In this document: positions 48,930 to 60,278 of the stretch, in pieces
Position numbering within the stretch: the first letter of the stretch is position 1
Layout of the letters: every line of letters begins with the position of its first letter
Source of the DNA: Octopus sinensis
Lineage: Eukaryota
Direction: 5' to 3'
DNA: 64,000 nucleotides
Assembly: GCF_006345805.1 (NCBI RefSeq)
Contig: NC_042999.1
Coordinates: 171,802,001-171,866,000, forward strand
Translations under genes and position numbers: made by a program
Notes under the pieces: model-generated
Told to the model about the DNA's origin: nothing
The model's input: only the letters and a program-made list of their open reading frames with translations
Databases searched by the model: none

Positions 48930-50367
48930 GGCGCAAGTGAAGTTAGTTTACATGCAAAATTTTGTCCTTTTTTTAAAAGGGAATCCTGAGTCTTCCATTA
49001 TGTTGGAACGTGTTCTAGAGTTCGGTCGCCCATATTTGAAAGCTTTTTACATTTCCGCTCGAAGGTGAGCGAAGGTACGCGGATTACGACCATATACCCG
49101 ATCTTTTGATACTTCCGAAAGAAATAAGTCACATGGGGTGAGGTCGGGTGACTAGGTAGGCCATTCGATTGGCCCTCGTCATCCAATCCTCGCGCCAGAA
49201 ACATTGTCATCCAAACACTCGCGCACTGACATTGTATAATGTGTCGGCATCCCATCCTGCTGCAAGTAAAAGTCTCATGTTTGCTCTATTACTTGTGACT
49301 AGAACCAGTTTTGAAGTATATCACGGTATGACGCTCCGGTGACAGTAGCATCAAAAAAGTATGGTCCAATACGAAATGGCACGCCACACGCTGAGGCCAG
49401 GCAAATCCACCGACTTCTGCAAAGTGTAATGAAGAGATTCGGAATTCCAGCACACGTAGCCATGTTTGTCAATTTGTCCCTTGAGTTTCAAATCTGTTTC
49501 ATTAGACGACAAGATTCTGTCGACGGACGACGGATCATCTTCGAGCATCGGTTGAACATTTTCGCATGCTTCTCGGCACTGATCAGGATCGTTGTCATTA
49601 AGTTCATGTACGAGGCGTGTGGAGGCGCAATGGCCCAGTGGTTAGGGCAGCGGATTCGCGGTCATAGGATCGCGGTTTCGATTCCCAGACCGGGCGTTGT
49701 GAGTGTTTATTGAGCGAAAACACCTAAAGCTCCACGAGGCTCCGGCAGGGGATGGTGGTGATCCCTGCTGTACTCTTTCACCACAACTTTCTCTCACTCT
49801 TACTTCCTGTTTCTGTTGTACCTGTATTTCAAAGGGCCGGCCTTGTCACTCTCTGTGTCACGCTGAATATCCCCGAGAATTACGTTAAGGGTACACGTGT
49901 CTGTGGAGTGCTCAGCCACTTACACGTTAATTTCACGAGCAGGCTGTTCCGTTGATTCGGATCAACCGGAACCCTCGTCGTCGTAACCGACGGAGTGCTT
50001 CCACATGTACGAGACGTGGAGTGTACGGTGCTTTCATAGTTCAAACAAAGTTATGTCAACAGTTGAGTAACTCACATGAAAATCTGAATGGTCGGCAAAT
50101 TGGCTTGAAATTGGGCTTGATGCCGGAGTGTTGTCGTTAATCTCTCTCATATCAGCAGCCTGAAACTTTCATTTGTTGTACAAACTTGGTCGACCAGTGT
50201 TGTTCATCCTTTACGGAACCGGTAGTTTCGAACTTTCTTATTAAACGAACGATTGAACGACTGGGAAGATGTGGGCATGTCTCTCTTCCTGCTACTGCTG
50301 CATTATTCATCGCATAATAGTTTTTCACAATATTAACACATTCTTGTAAAATAAATCGTATGTCCAT
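48930..50367 (-). pseudogene. DD41D (rosa-like) Tc1/mariner transposase remnant, split by a SINE
   Basis: PSRSIVRLIRKFETTGSV HTH; ILSSNETDLKLKGQIDKH..VW; LQQDGMPTHY..RGPIEWPT*SPDLTPCDLF, with 41 residues between the Asp residues. In-frame stops; TIRs not found. Confidence 0.82.
49620..50003 (+). mobile_element. Young 384-bp tRNA-derived SINE (family 3) with a 15-bp TSD
   Basis: A box TGGCCCAGTGG, B box GGTTTCGATTCC; TSD CATGTACGAGGCGTG (49605-49619) / CATGTACGAGACGTG (50004-50018). Confidence 0.95.
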
Positions 50368-51239
50368 TTCACAACACTAAAAGCCGCTGTTGGAACGCAA
50401 CAAATTGAATTTTGAATTCAACGCAACAAAATGATTTTTGAAAAGTAAAACGTCTATTAATGAGCTCGCCACTAAATGCACGTAAATTTAAGCGGTGTTC
50501 CAAGCATTATATATTCGCTTTCTCTTCCATGAGAAACGAGAGATTTTGAATGCCTCAGGGGACCTTGGTCTTTTTTGTAGGTTTTTCTCTCCAAGGCTAC
50601 ACCTATACTGTGAAAAATATCGATTCCCCTTTTTTGGGTACTTTATATATTTCTTTCCTTTCTTTTTGTACACCACACAGCCCAACGATTTAATCCCTAG
50701 TGATCGAACTTTTTGCTTTGTGTGTCCACCCGTCCCACCTCGAAAAGAAAAACTCTACATTGAATTTCGTCTGCTTTCTGTGTTTAGCGCTGTTTGACCA
50801 TAATAAAAAGATATCTCTCTCCCTCCCCCTCTCTCTCTCCATATATATATATGTATATATATGTATATCCGATATTTTATAGAGACGTGTATCACGTTAT
50901 TAACATTGAATTTGATTTTCTGGAAAAATGGTGTGAGAGAAAAAGAAAAGCACAGTGGGGGGAGATAGATTGAGAGAGAGGTTTCTGGAGAATCAAGAAA
51001 GAGAAACAAAAATAAAAATAAAGGATGGGGAAAGGACACATATATAGCAGGAGAGGGAGATAAATAATTTTCTTTTCGATTTGGTGTGGTAATGTATTGA
51101 AATTTCATTACAACGTACTTTTCTTTTTTCTTTCGCCTTTCTTTTTTTCTTTTTTCGGCGTATACTTAGCATCTTTGTAAATAAACACATTTTCACACAA
51201 GATGAGCTTTATGAGGAAGAAGAGAGAGAGAGTTTAATT

Positions 51240-51605
51240 AGCATTACAAGAAATACATCACTAAAAATTGAAAACGCTTCCTAGATGACTGCTTCATTTT
51301 TGGGAACAAATCCAATGAGGTCCAACAAACATTTAACAATATACTTAACACACTTCACCCCTCCATTTAATTCACGGCAGAATCCAGTTGCAATGAATTA
51401 CTATTCCTGGATATTTACATAAAAATACGCAAACACACAGTCGCAACAGACATACACCCATCTTTGAATTTCTACTTTTGCCATCCCTCATGCATCAAAA
51501 GAAACATTCCATACAGCATAGCAAGTCCAATCTGGACTATAGCAATTGACACCAAAATACGTCAGACACGACTGAACGATCTCAAAGACTTCCTAACAAA
51601 GCAGG
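51240..51605 (+). mobile_element. Penelope-like RT fragment
   Basis: KRFLDDCFIF..NILNTLHPSI*FT..LLFLDIYI..CHPSCIKRNIPYSIA..TRLNDLKDFLTKQ. Confidence 0.82.
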
Positions 51606-51914
51606 TAATGACAGAATGAACAAGAGTTTATCAGGAATCAAATTTAAAATAAGCAGAAAACGGAGAAAAGTTTTGATCAACAAACGAACAATTTGACCAA
51701 GATCTGTTATTCATTTTTGAATACGAAACGTAACGTTGCTTACGGCCGTTTCGGTTACCAATGTCAGTCGGTGCTCACAAAGAAAATTCCGAAAATAATT
51801 TTCCTTACCTTTCTAGCACATTCGATCTAGTACGTGGAGCTTCATCAGAGTGAATACAAATACATAAAATAAAAGAGGGCAAGAGAGAAGGCGGGAGAGG
51901 AGAGAGGAAAGTAT

Positions 51915-53140
51915 TGGGCCTCGAGATGAGGCAAGAAGGCTCAATAAATTAGAATCATACCGTTTCGCAGTGTGAAGTTTCAAGTCGATGGAAAAAGAGT
52001 AAACTAACAGATAATCTAGAAAAGTAATGTGTGGGTCATCTCTTTTTACAGGGATTCCAGCTGTATAAATAATAGTAAAATAAAACTAGTGCTAAAGTAA
52101 AATAGGAATCGGGAATAAGTCTAGACAAAGGATAGTATTTGTGATTTCGTAAATAGAGGTAATTAATATTTATCCAAAAACGTACCCGTATAGTTTATAT
52201 AATAGGGTACTTATAAAATAACAAAATTTTAAAAAAAGATAAAATAAATACTAGCAACCATATGGCAATAACTTTCTGACAGTTAAGGGGAGACTACTCT
52301 AAGGGAGGTGGTTACTAGTGGAATTACCATCGAAATATAATGTTAAATCTAAGATCTTAAATAGCCAGCATATTTCCAAGTGGTGGTTATACTATTTATC
52401 CAAAAACGTACCTGTAAAGTATTTATAATAGTCTACTTACTGAAATATTCTTGAGATCAACCGCCGTTGTCCGTATTGGAATTGACCAAAGTAGAGCCAT
52501 TTCTACAATTGGTCAGTTACATTTAAAACCAAGACCAAGCCAAGACCGTTACAAGGCTAGATGTAAATTAAGAAGTAAATAAACGAGTAAATAAAAGTTG
52601 GGGGGAGAAGACTATGTCATTAGTGAAATGAGGCCGATTATGCCGTTTTACACCATCTCAACAGAAAATAGAATAAAATTTGTTTTAAATAAGATAAAAT
52701 AAATACTAGCAACCATATGGCAATAACTTTCTAACAGTTATGGGGAGACTACTGTAATGGAGGTGGTTACTAGTGGAATTACTATCGAAATACAATGCTA
52801 AATCTAACATCTTAAATAGCATATCTCCAAGTGGTGGTTATACAAGACGAGCAATTAAATGTCTACTCATTCCTGAGTGCATTCTGCCTATTAGACATAC
52901 GAGAGGGCCATATTACGAATCTCTAAAAGAGTTAAACGATTACAGGTTAAATCACTTACTCATTACTAACATGGTTACAAATTCAGGTTCCGACTAAAGT
53001 TTACTTAATGTTACACAATATATATTACGTTATAATTAATATTAGATTGTGCATATTACTAAACTTGTCGTTATATAAACCGTTCCATGGGTGCAGCCAT
53101 ATGGGCTCTACTACAAAATTTCCCGTCCGTTCATGCCCCT
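51915..53140 (+). repeat. Left arm of a ~1-1.2-kb inverted repeat
   Basis: Aligns by eye (roughly 85%) to the reverse complement of 55795-56795; contains an extra ~200-bp internal duplication (52237-52390 copies 52690-52845). Confidence 0.9.
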
Positions 53141-55530
53141 TATGACATACTCTTCTCCCGCACACCTTTTATTTACTGGTTTATTTGCATCTTTACAGGG
53201 ATGACGCACCTCTTATAATTAGAAACACTTTTAACAGACGCCAAGAACTACTTAAGAAACGTCTGTACATATTTTCCAATAGATTCCGCATCTCTATTAC
53301 TATAGAAAAGGAAAATTACACTATCAATTACGTAGACGTTAAATGCAATTCAAATACGGGTTACACAAAACTTACATGAAACGTAAATCTAACTTAAAAT
53401 ATATAAACTATGAAAGTAATCATCCATAATCTATAAGAAGAGCTCTTATAAAGGTCGTTAGTAAAGGATCTCCTATCTCTCTTCTAATGAGAGCCTATGT
53501 AATAATCATAAATATAAGTACGATAAGGCACTTAAAAATGCAGGTTATAGAGGTAGAATTAAATGTATCCCATACACGAATGCAACGAATAGATTGACAA
53601 TTTTAACTGAAACAACACAGAACATAGAAATATACCTGAACTAAGTAATATAGCACAAAATATATAGCACACGACAAGAACAGGGTCGGAACTCGCAGCA
53701 CTAAGAACTACAACAATAACAGAAATACAACAAATAAAATAGCAAGGGGAATTAGACGATGTGTGAACGATATCAACAATTCCACTAATCCCGAAGACCA
53801 CAGTAATAATTCAAAACATTATCTGCAAAATCCGTGTCCTAGTACCACTAATGGCGGTATTTATGCCTAGATAATAATACAAATAATAATAAACATATAG
53901 ACCAGGCGCATCACTTTAACAGCTATAAACATGCGTCGTTAGACAAGAAAACCGGTAAAACAAGAGACATTACCTGGTTTGGAAGCACTCCGTCGGTTAC
54001 GACGACGAGGGTTCCGGGTGATCCGAATCAACGGAACAGCCTGCTCGTGAAATTAACGTGTAAGTGGCTGAGCACTCCACAGACACGTGTACCCTCAACG
54101 TAGTTCTCGGGGATATTCAGCGTGACACAGAGAGTGACAAGGCCGGCCCTTTGAAATACAGGTACAACAGAAAAAGGAAGTAAGAGTGAGAGAAAGTTGT
54201 GGTGAAAGAGTACAGCAGGGATCACCACCATCCCCTGCCGGAGCCTCGTGGAGCTTTAGGTGTTTTCGCTCAATAAACACTCATAACGCCCGGTCTGGGA
54301 ATCGAAACCGCGATCCTATGACCGCGAGTCCGCTGCCCTAACCACAGGGCCATTGCGCCTCCACATTACCCGGTTTATACTGCCACATGCGATGCAAATA
54401 AAGACCGACTTATCTAACGCTTTGATAAGAATAATAGTTTTTCGAAACTTATTAATAGTAGAGTAATAAAGGTAGGTTATAGTCTAACGCATAACTTAGT
54501 CAGCATCATTCCCTCCATAAATAATTTTAAAAAAACTAGATATTTTCTATTTAAATAGAAGCAACATTAACAACGAGATCAGTAATAGTAAGAAGAAAAG
54601 CAATAAACCCCATAACCACCCCAATATTAGTAAAGGTTACACTTGGAACCATAATAACCCTATTAATTTTAATAGAGCTAGCAATATCTCACCAGAAAGT
54701 AATTCCTCTGCCATAACACAATCTATGTGGACTGTATGAATTAAGATAATTGTGTCATTGGAAATACCTGTAAAAGTAAAGATGTACTTTACCAGTGCAC
54801 TCTCACAACACAGTTTAGTAACAGGGTATACATAGGAACATCAAAATGAAATGAATCGAAGACGATTCGCTAACCAACACTATTTCAGAAATAGAAATAG
54901 GATTAAGGTGACCGGATTAAGTAAATATATTTGGAAACTTAAAGATGAAGATAAAAGATTCGCTCTAGAATTGAAAATCCTCGCCTCCACACCTTCGTAC
55001 AGTGTAAAAAATAAGAAATGTCATCTTTGTATCAATGAAATATGTTTCATACTAGTGGCACAACATCCCTTATTTAACTTGAGGGAAGAGGGGAAACCAG
55101 CCTGCTTTCACAAAGGAAGTTTTACCATCGCTAAATATAAATAACATTGGACACCCTTGCACCATCCCCAAAGATAGCACCCAGAGCCCTTCACCACAGA
55201 AATAGTAGTTCTTAATATTAAATGAAGGCATATATAAACTCCTAAGTTAAAGCTAGTTTAACAGTATTACACATTTGTGTCCCTTATTGGTGTTCCAATA
55301 GTAATATCCTTATCCCTTCTCCAATATAGCCGAGTTTGACTCCCCCACTCATTAAAACTAATTACACAATATATATATTTATTTAGCCATTTCTCCTTAA
55401 TATAACCTACTCACCCCCTTTAACACATGCAATTTCTTTCAATCATGAACCTAATTTGGAATAGAGAGGGCATCAGTACTTAACCCCCAATGATTAACCC
55501 ACCACTCCAGAAAGCCTGTTCCGGCCATCT
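53090..55530 (+). mobile_element. 5'-truncated Penelope-like element (Naiad-like RT and GIY-YIG)
   Basis: HLYRDD..ITIEKENYTINYVDV..YINYESNHP..KRISYLSSNE..KTRDITWF..IKVGYS..DVLYQC..VYIGT..LSKYIWKLKDE..CHLCINE. The 3' region has TAACCCACCACT..CCAGAAA, shared with 33168-33195. Confidence 0.88.
53980..54363 (-). mobile_element. Second family-3 SINE copy with a 13-14-bp TSD
   Basis: 7 substitutions vs 49620-50003; TSD ACATTACCTGGTTT (53967-53980) / ACATTACCCGGTTT (54363-54376). Confidence 0.95.
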
Positions 55531-55794
55531 CAGATAACACTGTACTGGCAACAATTTTTACTTGTCTGAACCTTGTATAAAATGGGTGCGCTTGTTTTCA
55601 ATAGCGTCAATCTGGACTTCAATTTCAGACCTCCCTCCACTTATAGTGCATCCAATTAGACCTACCCAATTAGGAACAACAAAAACCAACATAGAACATA
55701 ACTTAATTTTAACAACTATATATTAACTGCAAGCCTCTCTAGATCGTATAGGTCTGTATTTGACACTGCACTAAACGTCTTGCCATAAGCATAT

Positions 55795-56795
55795 TGCGCA
55801 TGAATGGACCTGAAACTTTGTGGTAGACCCCATATGGCTGCGTCCACGCAAGAGTTTTATATAACGACAAGTTTAGTAACAGGAACAATCTAATATTAAT
55901 TATAACATAATATATACTATGTAAGATTTAGTAAACTGTAATGGGACCCTGGTTTTGTAACCATGTTAGTAATTAGCAATTGATTTAACTTGTAATCGTT
56001 TAACTCTTTTAGAGATTCGTAATGTAGCCCTCTCGTATGTCTAATAGGCAGAATGCACTCAGGAACGTGTAGACATTTACTTGTTCGTCTATTATTACCA
56101 CCACTTAAGAATATGCTGGCTATTTAAGATGTTAGATTTAACATTATATTTCGATGGTAATTCCACTAGTAACCACCTCCCTTACAGTAGTCTCCCCTTA
56201 ACTGTCAGAAAGTTATTGCCATATGGTTGTTAGTACTTATTTAATCTTATTTTTAAATTTTGTTATTCTATTTTCTCTTGAGTTTGTGTAGAACGGCATA
56301 ATCGGCCTCGTTCCACTTATGGCATAGTCTTCTCCCCCCAACTTTTATTTACTCGTTTATTTACTTCTTTATTTGCATCTAGCCCTGTAACGGTCTTAGC
56401 TTGCCCTTGGTTTTAACCGACTATTTGTAGAGATGGCTCGACTTTGGTCAATTCCTTTACGGACAACAAGCGGGTTACCTCTGTAATATATCAATAAGTA
56501 CCCTATTATATAATCTTTACGGGTACGTTTTTGGATAAATATTAAATAGCTCTATTTACGAAATCACAAGTACTCTCCTTTTTCTAGACTTATTGGCGAT
56601 TCCTGTTTTACTTCAGCACTAGTTTTATTTTACTATTATTTATACACCGTGATACCCCTGTAAAAAGAGATGGCTCACCAATTATTTTTCTCGATTATTT
56701 GTTAGTTTGCTCTTTTCCCCATCGACTTGAAACTTCACACTGCAAAATGGTATGATTCTAATTTATTGAGCCTTCATTCCTCATCTCAAGCCCCT
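55795..56795 (-). repeat. Right arm of the inverted repeat
   Basis: For example GCAGCCATATGGG, GAGTGCATTCTGCCTATTAGACATACGAGAGGG and GGAGGTGGTTACTAGTGGAATTAC all appear reverse-complemented. Confidence 0.9.
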
Positions 56796-58751
56796 GCTGT
56801 TTCATCTTCACTCTTCCCTATTTTTATAAACTCTTGTTTATTTTGTACCCTATGAGCAAAGTGTGCCTGCATACTGATGCCTAGGGTTAATATAAGTAAG
56901 TGCTACAGGTAGTAAGAACGGATATTCTTATCTGTTAGACGGTTATTCCAACCGCTAACTCTGCTTACATATGTGTGTGTGTGTGTATGTGTATTACTAT
57001 ATGTGTATATATATATTACTATGTGTGTACCTATGTGGAAGGGTCGCAAATGTGAATATAAGTATGTGTGTTTGTGGGAGGCTCCAATCAGTTTGTGAAT
57101 ACATTTTATTCTTTTGGGGTGTAAAAAAACTAAAAATCTACCGACAGCTGTAACCCAATTTTCTCCGGCTAAGTTCTCTCACACGTTGACACATGCATTT
57201 ATACACTGCCTGAGGCATATGACCAATATTCATAAAGACAATATAAAAGCTTAGAGACAAAGGATCTCTCGCTAATAAGAATTGTATACCTTTAATTACT
57301 TCGCAAATGGCGAGGCAATGTTCTGACAAACCAAATGAAAGCTTGACTGACGAAACCATTAATCAAGCAGTTGATCTATTTATTGGTTAAATTGTTAATT
57401 AATAGACTAAGACCATAAATTGAAGTTAAAGCGAACCTCTGAATCTGTTTCTTATTGATAAAATGGCCCTACAAAGATACAACGTTATATGTGCATAAAT
57501 ATTGACGTATTTATGTTTTATTTTCTATGTATATTTTGGTTTTTATTTTTCTAGAGATGTAGTTACTTTCAAATATATTATTCATCTCACATCAACTAAA
57601 CAGTGTAAAATAGAAGGCGATGAAAATCGAATCTATATTCATGTTTGAAGGAGGATAAAAAATGTATTGTGTTATAAATCCTTTGATTCAACGAATTATA
57701 TTTATATCTTAAAATGATCATATTATGTATATTAGAACACATATATTTATATTTTATTCTTTGATTGATCGAACCGATTTGTTTTTCGTTTATTTTATGT
57801 ATCTTTGGAAACCATTCCATTTTTTCTCCTTTGACATTTAAGCATAACTCTCGAGATTTATAGCATCGTATTTATATTTAGTTCTAAAGATTATAGACTA
57901 TATTATAATGATATTGGTTCATGATCTTTAATTCTTAGTAAAGAAAAATTGTATAAGTAGGCTGCAAATTGTTCAAGGCGTTAAAACGTAGAACAAGTTG
58001 CCAACTCTCTGCTTCTAAGTTCAAATTTGGCCACTATAACATTTACTTTTTCATGCATTCCAGCATGGTAAAATGCAGCTGCAGTCCGGAAGGATAGATT
58101 GGTGGAATCGTTCAAGTAGACAAAGTGTCATGAAATATTTTTCCAGCCTTTTCAGTCTGAGTTTTTATGTTGGAATTATCTTCCGCATTCGTTTTATACC
58201 AAAACACGTTTCATTAATTCCTTTAGATCCATTCATACTCTGTCAGACAGTGTGAATGTCTTCCTCCCTATTTAAGTTTATGAGAGCTCTTCTCTCCGTC
58301 ACGATATAAAAATACACTTCTGTTTATCTTTTAAACTACTTATTGCATAGGAATTATTGCAGCTAAATTTCCTATCGTTATATAAACCATTTGCAAATGA
58401 AGCAACACTAGATATACGTTTTTACACGATATCTAGATTCTAGATATTTGGCATATTTCCTAAGAGTAGTTTATATATTGCAGGAAGCGATTTTTTCAGA
58501 GGCAACGTCTTTTAGATATATGCTTTTGATTTTAACAATCCTTTAGAGCAGTGATTTTTCTGATTTAATTATAGCTTTTCTGGTTTCTGGTAGGATGTGA
58601 TCACAGATATGGTTTCAAAGCAAGGAATAAATATTCATTCTGTTTATCTCTCATCTTTAGGTAATTGTTATCATTGCTTAGCAAAGGTTTTTAGGGTATG
58701 TGGCACTAATTTGTATATTGGCAGCAAGAGAGTTGGAACAGTCAGAAGATT

Positions 58752-58963
58752 CTTTTCTATTCTAGGCACAAGGCCAGAAATCTTGGGGCAGGGGGGAAGG
58801 CAGTCGATTAGAATGACCCAGTACGTAACTGATACTTAATTTATCGATCCCGAAAGGATGAAAAGAAAAGTCGACCTCGGCGGAATTTGAACTCAGAACG
58901 TAAAGACAGACGAAATACTGCTAAGCATTTCACCCGCCGTGCTAACGTTTCTGCCTGCTCTCC
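58752..58963 (-). mobile_element. Family-2 tRNA-derived SINE with a 15-bp TSD
   Basis: B box GAGTTCAAATTCCGCC on the minus strand; TSD AACAGTCAGAAGATT (58737-58751) / AACTGTCAGAAGATT (58964-58978). Confidence 0.9.
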
Positions 58964-60229
58964 AACTGTCAGAAGATTAAAAACAAGTAATATCGATACA
59001 TTGTGCAATATATTTTAGTGAAATTCGAGATATCCGTTTGCTAGAGTTTACTGCAATCTGTTATTTCTTTGTATGTGAATGGTCTGCTGTTAGGTTTCTG
59101 TGTTTCATTTCACATCATATGTGAGGTCATTAAATATATATGCATCACGTCTTGCTTTGTAGATGATGCTACTAATATTGGTGTAGATCTTGTTTTAACT
59201 GTTATAGTTTCTCGCCTATTTCTCCACATCCTTATTCTCTTCTTTTTCCTTTTGTTTTCTCCAAACTTTGTGCATAAACAAGGGCACAGAGATGATAAAA
59301 AGCCATATAGCTGTAAATTTCGGGCTCAAACACATTGAGCATACAAATGATCAAATGCCATAGAGCCGAAGTCATTTCGTCTCTATAAATTTTCCGCTGG
59401 AATATGGTGTCTCACACTCGATATAAATTGTATAATATTACATTATCCATTATATTCCTTATTCTTTTGAAAGAGTAGGACTTGTATGTACTACTTCTAT
59501 TACACGGAACCTGTTGTTTTTTTTCTACGTCGATATTTTCTTATCCCACTTGTGTGTTCAACTTTATAATGAGGCACAAGATATTTTGGCAAATATTTCC
59601 CTATTGATTCTTGCAGATCGATATACATAGATCGGACTGTGAAATATAATACTGCCAGGATTTGCAAAACGCTTTACAGGATAGTTCCATCGGCTACAAT
59701 TAATAAGGAAATTTCACTAAGACACATCCTTCCATCTTGGTAAAACCGACACATTGAAAAATATAGCCTCTTTAGTTGCCCCAAAAAACTACGGGTTAAT
59801 TATGTATGATCTTCAAAGAAACAAAAGAGTGACAAAAGGAACATGAATAGCAAAAACATTTATAGGAAAATCTTCCTATAAATCGAGAGGTAGAATTGCT
59901 AAATATTTTACTAATCTCTTTCAAACATGGATGGCGCATGAAGCGCAATGATGTAATATCGGAGATCACATCAGTAAATGGTGTCGTTATCGAATTAGTA
60001 TGGGTTGTGCATTTTTCAAGTAAATATGCCTTTGAAAAAGTGTAATGATTCCTGCAAAATAGTAAAGTACTACAATGCAACAATGATTTCAACTATCTGT
60101 GAGTTTGTCCCTAGTTGTTATTAACACCCCATTTTGATGTAAAGTATATAGCTACAGAATATGCTGAGTGACAATCTGTAAAACTGATTCAATAGATAGC
60201 TATCAAAAGACTATCTAATGATTTGACAG

Positions 60230-60278
<49 letters not shown>

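Noticed and set aside
50470-50520. Possible TIR of the DD41D element
   Set aside because: No convincing partner was found at the left end.
54700-54860. In-frame TGA near the GIY-YIG motif as possible selenocysteine
   Set aside because: It arises from an AATGA duplication at a non-Cys position in a frameshifted, decayed copy.
55290-55340. Minus-strand YIGEGIRILLLEH resembling a second GIY-YIG
   Set aside because: Short and unsupported by neighbouring motifs; it lies in the presumed 3' UTR of the plus-strand PLE.
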